This document shows positions 20,098-29,385 of a stretch of DNA of 64,000 nucleotides, in pieces (the stretch's first letter is position 1; each line of letters starts with the position of its first letter). Location of the stretch: IMG/VR virus record IMGVR_UViG_3300042451_001437. The stretch is one strand, 5' to 3'. Under the pieces are notes generated by a model. The model saw only the letters and a program-made list of their open reading frames with translations. It had not been told where the DNA came from and ran no database searches. The translations under genes and the position numbers were made by a program. The DNA comes from an uncultured virus (IMG/VR IMGVR_UViG_3300042451_001437) (Duplodnaviria; Heunggongvirae; Uroviricota; Caudoviricetes).

Positions 20098-20112
20098 TAT
20101 TTATTATAAATA
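20098..20112. promoter_or_regulatory. Divergent pair of putative late promoter motifs
   Basis: TATTTAT-T-ATAAATA inverted repeat between the divergent starts at 20075 (-) and 20121 (+). Confidence 0.6.
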
Positions 20113-20120
20113 TTAGGAAA

Positions 20121-21212
20121 ATGAGAATAAATCCAATCGAAAAGCAAAAAATATACAAACAAGCCAAACACAGGCTTGGGGCCCCTATTAGAAAGATTCA
20201 GTTAGAGGATGAGCAAATGGACTCACTTCTTGAAATCGCTACAGAAGATTATGTTGAGTTTATCAATAACTGGTTGATTGAACATCAATGGCCAAGTTTA
20301 ATTGGTTTGAATGTTAGCGAGGCTGATTTAACAAGAGCTTTTATTTATAGAACTTTTGATTTGGTTACACAATACACATATTCGTATTCGAAAATAGTTG
20401 GTTTGGGTGCTGGTGAGGGTGGTTATGTTCTTAAAAAAGACTATGTTGAGTTAGTTAAAGGTCAACAAATGTATGAAATCCCAGCTAATAGAGAGATCAA
20501 CGAAGTTTTATGGTTTACCCCAGCCTCATTAGACCAATCTGTTATTGACCCATTTTTAGGTGTTTGGAATAATCAATTTGGTGCCGAATACATGGGATTG
20601 GGTAGTTATTATATTCTGCCAGCCTTTGATATTTTAATGAGAACGACTGACAGAAATCTTAAGAACAGAATGATTCGTTCTGAGTTAATTTATAAAATTA
20701 CAAACGCACCAGATGGTAAAAAATATCTTCATTTAATGAACACACCTGGTGGTAGATTTGATTTTAGGGGTGCCATGGTTGAACAAGGTAAATGTTGGTA
20801 TTGGTATTATGATATCAATCCATTGATAAAAGATGATTGTTTAGCTAAAAATAAAGATATTATTAAATCACCAGCCGATGTTCCTTTGGATGATATTTCA
20901 TTTGATGATTTAAATGACCCAGCTAAAGTTTGGATTAGAAGATATTTTATTGCGTTATGTAAAGAAACTTTAGGTAGAGTAAGAGGTACTTTTGGTGGTA
21001 AAATACCAGTTCCAGATGCAAATATGGAAATTGAATACCAATCACTTTTATCAGAAGGTAAAGATGAAATGGTTACACTTAAAAAAGAATTAGAGGATAG
21101 AATGTTCAAATTAAATCCATTAGAGATTTTAAAAAGAATGTCTACCGAAGCTGAAGAAATTAATAAAGCTCTTAGATACAGAGCTTTCCAAAAACCAATT
21201 AAAGTTATATAA
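20121..21212 (+). CDS. Neck / head-tail adaptor protein (gp13-like)
   Basis: KHRLGAPIRKIQLEDEQM N-terminus and WIRRYFIALCKETLGRVRG...LLSEGKDE C-terminus. Confidence 0.75.
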   Translation: MRINPIEKQKIYKQAKHRLGAPIRKIQLEDEQMDSLLEIATEDYVEFINNWLIEHQWPSLIGLNVSEADLTRAFIYRTFDLVTQYTYSYSKIVGLGAGEGGYVLKKDYVELVKGQQMYEIPANREINEVLWFTPASLDQSVIDPFLGVWNNQFGAEYMGLGSYYILPAFDILMRTTDRNLKNRMIRSELIYKITNAPDGKKYLHLMNTPGGRFDFRGAMVEQGKCWYWYYDINPLIKDDCLAKNKDIIKSPADVPLDDISFDDLNDPAKVWIRRYFIALCKETLGRVRGTFGGKIPVPDANMEIEYQSLLSEGKDEMVTLKKELEDRMFKLNPLEILKRMSTEAEEINKALRYRAFQKPIKVI

Positions 21213-22849
21213 TGTTTTATACAGCCCTAGATAAAAGTGAATATTTCGATTTAATCGTAACAAATGATTGCCGTGATTTCTATCGTGATTATAGCGAATG
21301 TTATTTAATTGATATTAACGTTACAGCAGGTCTTTGCTCAACAACTGGAATATCACAATCAGAAGAGATTGAACTCGAGAATATAACTTTAAACGGTTAT
21401 GATAATTTTTTCATAAACAACGGTGAGGTATCTAATATAAACAATTTCACTGGGGACACCATCGGTTACACGGTTAATGAAAATGTTGTTGTTAATGTTG
21501 ATAAGGACCTAGTTTATGTTATTGAAACAGGTGATACATTTTGTTTTCACGAAATATCTGGTTACAGTGGTAATTATTGTTATGAAATTGATCATTTAAG
21601 GGTTGATAATGGTGTTTATTATAACAAATTAAATGGTGGTTTTTATCAAGGTTTTTATAAAATTTTTGGTGAAAATGTTGAATGGTATCCAGCTAGAGCT
21701 AAAATGGGTTGGACCGTTGATATGGTTGTTCATTTTCCAATGGATTTAACAGGTTCAACTGGAACTAGTGGCACCTCTGGAACATCTGGGTCTTCAGGAT
21801 CTAACGGTACCTCTGGAACATCAGGTTCCTCAGGATCATTCGGATCTTCTGGGTCTTCTGGTGTTTGTTTAACGTTAAATGACACATACCCAAATAACAG
21901 TGGTTTTGTTTTTTATTTAGGTACTAGAGCTGAAAATAAATTTGCCGACAAAACTGATGTTGAAATACAAAGATTTGAGGATAACTACAATGTTGTGCCA
22001 CTAAACACACAAAACCTATTTACATATAATAATTTAATAAGTTTGGATGGTTTAACAAATTATGTCGGTTATTTTAATTACTATAATGGTTTAATGTATA
22101 CTGGTAGAAATTATACAGTTGACTCACAACCACTACAGTATCATCAAGAATATAGTGATTTAACATATAACGCTTTTGGTATTAGAGTTACAAATGACGG
22201 TAGAATTGGGTATAGAACAATATACCCAACCGATATTTGCTATACTGGTGTAACACAAGAAGTTAGCGGTATAACAAATAATTCATTCATTATGGATCCA
22301 ACCGATGACTGCGTTAATTATACAAGAGCATTAATCGTTACAAAGTATTTTACTATAGAAGAATGTTACACCAAAAACCCAGTAATTGATGTAACCGAAA
22401 ATAAGTTTTTAAATATAACTGGTGTATTTGAAAGAGATTTTGCGTATGGAAATAATTGCCAGTTAAAATACGGTGATTATAAAAAAGGTACGTTCTCAAT
22501 TTATCTTAACGGGTTTTTAGTTTTTAGAAATCGTAATTTTGTTGAGGTTATACCTCATGAATTAGATACCGAAGCTAAATATCAAGAGGGTGTTCCATTT
22601 AACATTTCATTTGGTGGTGGAACCCAAAGTTTGATCGACACTGTGGTATTTGATAAAACAAAAGTTATGGGTACTGTTTTAGAAAGATTTTTTGCTGGTA
22701 CATTTTTAGGTGGGGTGAAATCTATTAAGATGTATTGTGTACCTTTGTATACGGTTGAAATCAAAAAAAATGTTTTAAATATAGCTAGTTTATATAATTT
22801 ACCAATAATAAAAGGTGGTAGACAGATATTTATAAAAAATAGATTCTAA
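21212..22849 (+). CDS. Virion structural protein with Gly-Ser/Thr repeat (possible LamG-like fold)
   Basis: 545 aa, Y/N/G-rich, with an internal (G-S/T-S)n tract and FSIYLNG...FLGGVKSIKMY C-terminal strands. Confidence 0.6.
   Translation: MFYTALDKSEYFDLIVTNDCRDFYRDYSECYLIDINVTAGLCSTTGISQSEEIELENITLNGYDNFFINNGEVSNINNFTGDTIGYTVNENVVVNVDKDLVYVIETGDTFCFHEISGYSGNYCYEIDHLRVDNGVYYNKLNGGFYQGFYKIFGENVEWYPARAKMGWTVDMVVHFPMDLTGSTGTSGTSGTSGSSGSNGTSGTSGSSGSFGSSGSSGVCLTLNDTYPNNSGFVFYLGTRAENKFADKTDVEIQRFEDNYNVVPLNTQNLFTYNNLISLDGLTNYVGYFNYYNGLMYTGRNYTVDSQPLQYHQEYSDLTYNAFGIRVTNDGRIGYRTIYPTDICYTGVTQEVSGITNNSFIMDPTDDCVNYTRALIVTKYFTIEECYTKNPVIDVTENKFLNITGVFERDFAYGNNCQLKYGDYKKGTFSIYLNGFLVFRNRNFVEVIPHELDTEAKYQEGVPFNISFGGGTQSLIDTVVFDKTKVMGTVLERFFAGTFLGGVKSIKMYCVPLYTVEIKKNVLNIASLYNLPIIKGGRQIFIKNRF
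21751..21862 (+). repeat. 9-bp/3-aa Gly-X-Ser repeat (about 12 units)
   Basis: GSTGTSGTSGTSGSSGSNGTSGTSGSSGSFGSSGSSG. Confidence 0.9.
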
Positions 22850-23250
22850 TGGTATTTAGTATAAGACAAAACGCAACATTACCTATTTTGAAAATGAAAG
22901 TTTTCAGAGATGGACGCAATGATTTTAGACGTTTCGAGGAATTAATCGAAAATTGTGTCGCAACATTTGCGATGAAAGACGAAAAAACGGGTATATATAA
23001 AGTTGCTAATAAAGCAGCGACAATTGCGCTTGAAAACCCATGTGATGAAAATGGTTATAAACACTACATCATAACGTACCAATTTACCAAAGATGATACG
23101 GATAAACCTGGAATTTTTCTGGGTGAGTTTAAATTAACGCTATTTGATTTAGCTAATCCAACCCAAGTTTACGGTGAATTAATCGCACCAATTCAAGAGG
23201 AACTATATATTCATATTCTCGATTCTTTTGTAAAAACAGACGTTATTTAA
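22849..23250 (+). CDS. Small structural protein (BppU N-terminal-like Ig fold)
   Basis: FSIRQNATLPIL...ITYQF...DTDKPGIFLGEF pattern; late motif at 22827. Confidence 0.5.
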   Translation: MVFSIRQNATLPILKMKVFRDGRNDFRRFEELIENCVATFAMKDEKTGIYKVANKAATIALENPCDENGYKHYIITYQFTKDDTDKPGIFLGEFKLTLFDLANPTQVYGELIAPIQEELYIHILDSFVKTDVI

Positions 23251-23257
23251 TTTTTTT

Positions 23258-23288
23258 TTTGCTTTTACCGTTTTTATACTTATATTTG
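23258..23288 (+). promoter_or_regulatory. Bacteroidetes sigma-A type promoter for DNA polymerase
   Basis: TTTG (23258-23261), a 19-nt spacer, then TATATTTG (23281-23288), matching the -33 TTTG / -7 TAnnTTTG consensus. Confidence 0.7.
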
Positions 23289-23305
23289 TGCCAAAATAAT
23301 AAAAT

Positions 23306-26300
23306 ATGGCCGAATACAAGATTTCCCTTGAAGAGATAGAAAAGTTTTTAAATGGGCACGATGATGAAAAATACATCGTGAATGTTGAGTATGATGCCGA
23401 AACTAATCTGATCCATAAGATTAAACAGGACCCAGAGAGGGGTAATTATGTTGAAACAGAGCCTCTGTTGGCTTTTATGTGGATTAAAAACCTTAACAAG
23501 ATTAAGGAAATAGTTAATTTTTACGGAAATAGTGATTCAAAAATCAAAGCCGCTAGACAAAGATACGGCATTGAAATCAAATCTTTAGGTGGGGATCACC
23601 CTAAATTAATTGATGGTTATAAATATTTGGTAACTTGTAACCAGGGTCAAAAAAGAATGTTAGAGTTCTTTAGAGAGGGTGGTATTTTTGTCTATGATAC
23701 TAGACATGATATTAAATCACATTTTTTGATGTTATCACCTGTTGAGCAGTATTTTATACACACTGGTAAAAGATTATTTAAAGGGTTTGAGGAGTATGAT
23801 GAAATCCACAAATTCATATTTGACTTAGAGACAACAGGTTTAGATCCAGCAATCAACCGTATTTTTTTAATTGGTATCTACACTAACTTAGGTGTTAGAG
23901 AAATCATACCCATTGAAGATAATGATGAGTCTGAAAGACAAGGTATTATAAAATTCTTTGAGAAAATCAATGAGATTAAACCAACAATTATTGCTGGATA
24001 TAATAGTGCAAACTTTGACTGGCCATTCTTCTTTAAAAGATGTGAAATTCTCGGGTTAAATATTCAGGATATTGCTATAACACTAAAAGTTGGTGAATTA
24101 ATCAACAACAAAGATAGCATGTTAAAATTGGGTAATGAGGTTGAAAACTACACCCAAACTAATATGTTCGGTTACAGTGTGATTGACATTATCCACTCCG
24201 CTAGACGTGCCCAAGCTATCGATTCTAGTATGAAATCTGTTGGTTTGAAGTATGTTTGTAAGTACAACAAGATCGCTAAAAAGAATCGTGTTTACATTGT
24301 TGGCGATAAAATCGGTGATACTTGGTATTCTGAAAGCAAGTTTTATTTTGATGATAGAACGGGCGCATACGCTAAAACAAAACCCGCTTTAGAGTTTATG
24401 GATTACATTCGCAGAGAAGATATCCAAGCTAATCCAGATAAAGTTTTTGTTTTTGGTGATAACATGATAAGACAGGGACTTGGTGGCCAGGCTAAAGAAA
24501 TGCGTGGTGAACCAAATGTTATTGGTATTGTAACTAAACATACACCAGAATCAAACCCAGAGTCTTATTTTAATGACAAAGATTTTGAGGATATTAAAAA
24601 ACATATCGATGCCGATGTTAATCAAATAATCGAAAAGATTAAACAGGGTAAAACAATTGTCTTCCCTAAAATGGGTATTGGTACAGGTTTGGCTCAATTA
24701 GATATGCGAGCACCAAAAACATTCAAATACCTAGTTGGTTTATTACGTGCATTACGTGAATATATTAATACATTTCAAGAGGTTGATGGTAGATACATCG
24801 TTGAGCGTTACCTGATTGATGACTTATGGGAGACCATGGAAGTTGACGATGTTTATAATCAATCATCATTCTTGTTGGCTAAATTAGTACCAACAACATA
24901 CCAAAGGGTATCAACTATGGGTACCGCTGGTTTGTGGAAACTACTGATGATGACATATTCATTTGAAAATGATTTGGCCATACCAGTATCTGATGTTAAA
25001 AGAGATTACACTGGTGGTTTATCGAGATTGTTTAAGGTCGGTTACTCAACGACTTTAAGAAAGATGGACTACAATTCACTTTACCCAGCTATTCAGTTGG
25101 CCCATGATGTATTCCCAGCTGTTGATGTTAACGGTGCGATGAAATCGATGTTAAAGTATTTCCACACTGAACGTTTTAAAGCCAAAAATTTGGCTAGTAA
25201 ATACAAAAAAGAAGGTAACTATCAGTTAGCTGACAAATACAAACGTAAGCAGTTACCACTTAAGATCTTCATTAACTCAATGTTCGGTGCCTTGGGAGCA
25301 CCTATGGCTTTCCAATGGGCTGAGATTGATGTCAGCGAACGTATTACATGTACGGCAAGGCAATACCTTAGACTCATGGTCACATTTTTCCTTAAACGAG
25401 GTTACACACCCTTGGTACTTGATACGGATGGTGTGAACTTCATGGCCCCTAAGAATGGTGAACCATTTACTTATGTAGGTAAAGGTTTTAATGATGAGGT
25501 TGAGGCTGGTAAAGAATATAAAGGTGTCAAAGCTGTTGTGGCTGAATTTAATGATACGTACATGCGTGGTGAAATGGGTCTTGGTTTGGATGGTATTTGG
25601 CCAGCAACCATAAACTTATCAAGAAAAAACTACGCTTTATTAGAAGATGATGGAACGATCAGTTTAACTGGTAACAGTATTAAATCAAAAGCTATGCCCG
25701 TTTATATCGAAGAATTTTTAGGTAAGGGTATGAAAATGTTATTAAATGGACATGGTTACGATTTCGTACAATATTACTATGAATATGCTGAAAAGGTGTG
25801 TAATAAGCAAATACCGTTATCTAAAATCGCCACAAAATCTAGGGTTAAGAAATCAATAAACGCTTACATAAATCGTGGTGGTGATAAAAACGGTAAACAA
25901 TTGGCTAAACAAGCCCACATGGAATTAGCTATTAAACATAACCTAGATGTTAACCTTGGTGATACAATTTATTACGTTAATAACGGTAAAACTAAATCAC
26001 ACGGAGATGCCCAGGAAGATAAAAACGGTGAAATGTATGCTACATTAGTACCGAATGACATTATCGAAAACCAACCAGATTATATTGGTGAATACAATGT
26101 ACCAAAATATTTGGAAGCTTTAAATAAAAAAGTTGAGCCTTTGTTAGTTGCTTTCCCACTTGAAGTTAGAGATAAAATCCTAATTAAAAAATCTGGTGAA
26201 AGAACAATGTTCTTAAAATCTGAGTTAGAATTAGTGAATGATCAACCAACAGATATTGAAGATCAGGATACTTTGGAAGAATTTTTTACACCGTCCCAAA

Positions 26301-26404
26301 TGGAAAAAGAATTCTGGGCTAAAATGGATTATGAATCAGACTATTGGTTTTCTGACGAAATAACATTCAAAATACCTGGTTTAGATGAAGAATTTACAGT
26401 TTAG
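23306..26404 (+). CDS. polB: Family B DNA polymerase with inserted macrodomain-like module
   Basis: ExoI FDLETTG, ExoII GYNSANFD, ExoIII YLIDD; polymerase motifs DYNSLYP, KIFINSMFG, DTDG. Confidence 0.95.
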   Translation: MAEYKISLEEIEKFLNGHDDEKYIVNVEYDAETNLIHKIKQDPERGNYVETEPLLAFMWIKNLNKIKEIVNFYGNSDSKIKAARQRYGIEIKSLGGDHPKLIDGYKYLVTCNQGQKRMLEFFREGGIFVYDTRHDIKSHFLMLSPVEQYFIHTGKRLFKGFEEYDEIHKFIFDLETTGLDPAINRIFLIGIYTNLGVREIIPIEDNDESERQGIIKFFEKINEIKPTIIAGYNSANFDWPFFFKRCEILGLNIQDIAITLKVGELINNKDSMLKLGNEVENYTQTNMFGYSVIDIIHSARRAQAIDSSMKSVGLKYVCKYNKIAKKNRVYIVGDKIGDTWYSESKFYFDDRTGAYAKTKPALEFMDYIRREDIQANPDKVFVFGDNMIRQGLGGQAKEMRGEPNVIGIVTKHTPESNPESYFNDKDFEDIKKHIDADVNQIIEKIKQGKTIVFPKMGIGTGLAQLDMRAPKTFKYLVGLLRALREYINTFQEVDGRYIVERYLIDDLWETMEVDDVYNQSSFLLAKLVPTTYQRVSTMGTAGLWKLLMMTYSFENDLAIPVSDVKRDYTGGLSRLFKVGYSTTLRKMDYNSLYPAIQLAHDVFPAVDVNGAMKSMLKYFHTERFKAKNLASKYKKEGNYQLADKYKRKQLPLKIFINSMFGALGAPMAFQWAEIDVSERITCTARQYLRLMVTFFLKRGYTPLVLDTDGVNFMAPKNGEPFTYVGKGFNDEVEAGKEYKGVKAVVAEFNDTYMRGEMGLGLDGIWPATINLSRKNYALLEDDGTISLTGNSIKSKAMPVYIEEFLGKGMKMLLNGHGYDFVQYYYEYAEKVCNKQIPLSKIATKSRVKKSINAYINRGGDKNGKQLAKQAHMELAIKHNLDVNLGDTIYYVNNGKTKSHGDAQEDKNGEMYATLVPNDIIENQPDYIGEYNVPKYLEALNKKVEPLLVAFPLEVRDKILIKKSGERTMFLKSELELVNDQPTDIEDQDTLEEFFTPSQMEKEFWAKMDYESDYWFSDEITFKIPGLDEEFTV

Positions 26405-26448
26405 TTGAAATATTACCCAAATCACCGATATTTATAGTAAAATATTGG

Positions 26449-27021
26449 ATGGAAACTAATAAAGACATAAACGAATTTATTGACGCAGATGGGGATATAA
26501 TTACTGGTGATAAAAGACATATTGATTATGTTAACACCACTAAAAAAACAACTGATGCTACAATTTTAATGACCAGACAACCATTCGTCTTCCAAAATTA
26601 TAGAAGATACTATGGTGAGTCTGTCTTACCTTTTAATAATGAGGCTGATTTGTGTAAAGAAAACCCTAAAAAATTCTATGAGTTTTTAGAAAAAAAGGGT
26701 ATGGAACATACTTTTGAGGATTACTTTACTGAAGTAAAGCCAAGAAAAGATGTTAAACCAGTTATTGATCCAAAAGATAAATTAAAAGAGATTGCGAAAG
26801 AAAAAGCATTTAAAATGCTTGAAGATCTTCTTTCCAAGAAAAAAGATAGTGACTATCTTATATCTAAAGATATGCCAACAACTATCGAAGAAATCAAAGA
26901 TAAAGAAAAATTACTTTTCGATAAATTCGATAAAATACTAGAATTTTTTAAAGAAAATTTAAGCGAGGGTGAGAAAAAGATATTATTATCTTATTTTGAA
27001 AATTCATTAAAAAATGGGTAA
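26449..27021 (+). CDS. Hypothetical late protein
   Basis: 190-aa ORF with TATTTAT at 26429. Confidence 0.75.
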   Translation: METNKDINEFIDADGDIITGDKRHIDYVNTTKKTTDATILMTRQPFVFQNYRRYYGESVLPFNNEADLCKENPKKFYEFLEKKGMEHTFEDYFTEVKPRKDVKPVIDPKDKLKEIAKEKAFKMLEDLLSKKKDSDYLISKDMPTTIEEIKDKEKLLFDKFDKILEFFKENLSEGEKKILLSYFENSLKNG

Positions 27022-27508
27022 GAATTCAAAATTATATGAAGTAAACTCAAAACTTATCGGTATGTCTTATGATATACCAGATGAGATTTTAATTCATATT
27101 AAAAATACATTAGAAAAATTTAAAGATCATAAAACGGTTAAAGGTTACAAAAGAGCTAATTTTTTGGTGAATAACCCAAACCAGCCTTATGTTAATTTAG
27201 CTATGATCAAATCATATTTTGATAATGTAAATAAGGATGAGGTTAACCCAATTGAATACGCTTTAAATGGTGGCGATGTGTTAAATGTTTGGGTTCAGGA
27301 TCTTATAAAAAGAGAAAAAGAAAGAGTTGAGGGTAGTAAAGTTGCGAGAACAAACGCTGGTATGAAAGGTCAATATAGAAAAGATTCCGAAGGTAATGAT
27401 TTTGATACCAGTTTGGATGATAGAATTATGGATACCCCAGATATAATGTTTAATAGTGCATTATTAGAAGATATTAATAGAATAAAAAATTTAATAAATA
27501 AAATTTAA
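27014..27508 (+). CDS. Hypothetical protein (C-terminal LLEDINRIKNLI motif)
   Basis: 164-aa ORF overlapping the previous gene. Confidence 0.75.
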   Translation: MGKNSKLYEVNSKLIGMSYDIPDEILIHIKNTLEKFKDHKTVKGYKRANFLVNNPNQPYVNLAMIKSYFDNVNKDEVNPIEYALNGGDVLNVWVQDLIKREKERVEGSKVARTNAGMKGQYRKDSEGNDFDTSLDDRIMDTPDIMFNSALLEDINRIKNLINKI

Positions 27509-27510
27509 TC

Positions 27511-27774
27511 ATGGCTGACAATATTTTAAAAGTACCAGCATCAGAGCAATTAAGACAAATTGCTTTTGAAGAAAGAGAGGGTAAATTAATACCCGTTAAC
27601 GAATATAAACCAAACGCTTTTGAGTATAGCGCAACAAACCCTAACGCACTTAGTGGTGACGCTAAAGGTAAAGGTGATATCGGTAACACTACTGATGTTG
27701 AAGAAAGATCAAAGTTAATTGCTGTTAATAATTATAAAGATAGTAACACATATCCAGATTCATCTGTAGTTTAA
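27511..27774 (+). CDS. Hypothetical small (probably virion) protein
   Basis: 87-aa ORF in operon; internal partial repeat KLIPVNEYK / KLIAVNNYK. Confidence 0.7.
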   Translation: MADNILKVPASEQLRQIAFEEREGKLIPVNEYKPNAFEYSATNPNALSGDAKGKGDIGNTTDVEERSKLIAVNNYKDSNTYPDSSVV

Positions 27775-27786
27775 TTTTTTCCATTT

Positions 27787-28365
27787 ATGCTTATTATTGA
27801 ACAAAACGAAAATGAAAAGTTGTCCTTATTACGTCAAGCGATTGAAAATAAGGTAGAAATTTCATTTTGGTATAGAGGTATCAAAGTTAGCGACCCTAAA
27901 AATAAAAAGTACACCAAACAAAACTGGAGATTTGCCCAACCAACCGATTTAGGTAAAAGCAAGGGTGATGGTAACAGATGGATGTTAAGGGCGTACCAAA
28001 AAAGCGGGGCTAGCAATACCAATAATAGAGCATGGAAGACATTTTTAGTGGATGAAATGAATAATATAACGCTTTTAGGTGGCGATGACAAGGCAGCTAT
28101 ATTAAGTAAGTATGGTTATTTTGATAAACCAGACGGGTCTGGATTCAACCTAAGCGGAGATAAAAAAATGGTTAATGATAAACCAGAAATTAAAATAGAT
28201 ATAAACAAAAAAAGACCAGAAAATAAACCAGAAGAAAAGCCAGTTGAACCTCAACCACAAGGACAACCTCAAGGACAAAATGTCCCAGAGACCCCAAATG
28301 ATGAGGAGCCAATAACTGAACATAGTTCTGGATTCTTAAAATGGATTTATAATATATATGGATAA
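27787..28365 (+). CDS. Stand-alone WYL-domain protein
   Basis: LRQAIENKVEISFWY...WRFAQP..LG...WMLRAY...WKTFLVDEMNNITL fits the WYL Sm/SH3-like pattern. Confidence 0.7.
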   Translation: MLIIEQNENEKLSLLRQAIENKVEISFWYRGIKVSDPKNKKYTKQNWRFAQPTDLGKSKGDGNRWMLRAYQKSGASNTNNRAWKTFLVDEMNNITLLGGDDKAAILSKYGYFDKPDGSGFNLSGDKKMVNDKPEIKIDINKKRPENKPEEKPVEPQPQGQPQGQNVPETPNDEEPITEHSSGFLKWIYNIYG

Positions 28366-28966
28366 TCAAGATAAAGCGGCTTTATTAGCACAAGGAATTG
28401 CTAAAGCTAGAATGGTAATGGAAAAAGTTGAAGCCAATACAGGTGGTAGAATGGCTCAGGATAGAGGTGTGTCATCTATGAACAGAGAAATGTACTCTGA
28501 TAATTATGAGGAACGTGAACCAGAGTATTTATCAGAAGAACAAGTTGCGGCTAGAACAAGAAATGCCGCTGGTAACGTACCCAAAAACACTATGAGAAAT
28601 TTAGCAACATCAAAAATGCCAAAAGAAATACTACAATCGTTTATGGAAAACCCAATTGTTGACCCAACGGTTCCAGTTGGAATGGATAGTTTAATGGAAC
28701 ATGTGGCTAAAACACAACCTAAAATGAAACAAATTGAAGAAATGGCTCAACCAAGACATACTCCGCAGGCACCACAAAATCAAGCGGTTACAATGGATAG
28801 AGAATTAATCGAATATATCATTAAAAAAACTGTTGAGACGGTTCTTGAAGAACAAGCTAAAAAAACCAGTATTGACGAAAATTTTCAAATTAAAATAGGA
28901 GATAAAATATTTGGTGGTAAATTAAATGTTTTAAAAGAAAGTAATAATAAAACAAATAAAAAGTAA
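28358..28966 (+). CDS. Hypothetical protein
   Basis: 202-aa ORF (SKMPKEILQSFMENPI; FQIKIGDKIFGG). Confidence 0.75.
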   Translation: MDNQDKAALLAQGIAKARMVMEKVEANTGGRMAQDRGVSSMNREMYSDNYEEREPEYLSEEQVAARTRNAAGNVPKNTMRNLATSKMPKEILQSFMENPIVDPTVPVGMDSLMEHVAKTQPKMKQIEEMAQPRHTPQAPQNQAVTMDRELIEYIIKKTVETVLEEQAKKTSIDENFQIKIGDKIFGGKLNVLKESNNKTNKK

Positions 28967-28971
28967 AAACT

Positions 28972-29139
28972 ATGAAAAAAGAACAATTATTAGGTGTTGT
29001 ACGTCACGTATTAACATTTGTTGGTGGTATTTTAATCGCTAATGGTTTAGCCAACGAAGCTTTATCACAAGAGCTTGTTGGTGCAACAATAACTTTGATC
29101 GGTGGTATCTGGTCAATTGTAGAAAAAAACAAAAAATAA
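28972..29139 (+). CDS. Small two-TM membrane protein, putative holin (not in ORF track)
   Basis: 55 aa: MKKEQLLGVVRHVLTFVGGILIANGLANEALSQELVGATITLIGGIWSIVEKNKK; two hydrophobic helices and a basic C-terminus. Confidence 0.65.
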   Translation: MKKEQLLGVVRHVLTFVGGILIANGLANEALSQELVGATITLIGGIWSIVEKNKK

Positions 29140-29140
29140 G

Positions 29141-29326
29141 ATGAGTAACGTAGTTAAATTTTGTAAAAACAAATGTTGCCCAGTTATTGAAGTACAAGAA
29201 AATGCAATTGTATTAGGTGACAAAGAAGGCCCAGAAGGTATAACAACATGGACTAAAAACCAATTTGCTGACTTTGTTGAGGCGGCTAAAGAAGGTAAAT
29301 TTGATGAGATCATCAATGAAAATTAA
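29141..29326 (+). CDS. DUF397/BldB-like small protein
   Basis: CCPVIEV...IVLGDKEGPEGITTWTKNQFADFVEAAKEGKFD resembles the DUF397 consensus (CVEV...VRDSKxPxGPxLxFTxxEWxAFVxxVKxGEFD). Confidence 0.5.
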   Translation: MSNVVKFCKNKCCPVIEVQENAIVLGDKEGPEGITTWTKNQFADFVEAAKEGKFDEIINEN

Positions 29327-29355
29327 TTGTTAAAAATTTTAACAAAAAACTAATG

Positions 29356-29385
29356 ATGGGGAATTTGACATTCCCCATTTTTTTT
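29356..29385 (+). terminator. Intrinsic terminator overlapping next promoter
   Basis: ATGGGGAAT-ttgac-ATTCCCCAT followed by a T-run. Confidence 0.8.

Noticed and set aside
24389..24770. Polymerase insertion as an intein or intron
   Set aside because: No Cys/Ser start with a His-Asn end, no LAGLIDADG or HNH motif, and the frame is continuous. The motifs fit a macrodomain-like fold instead.
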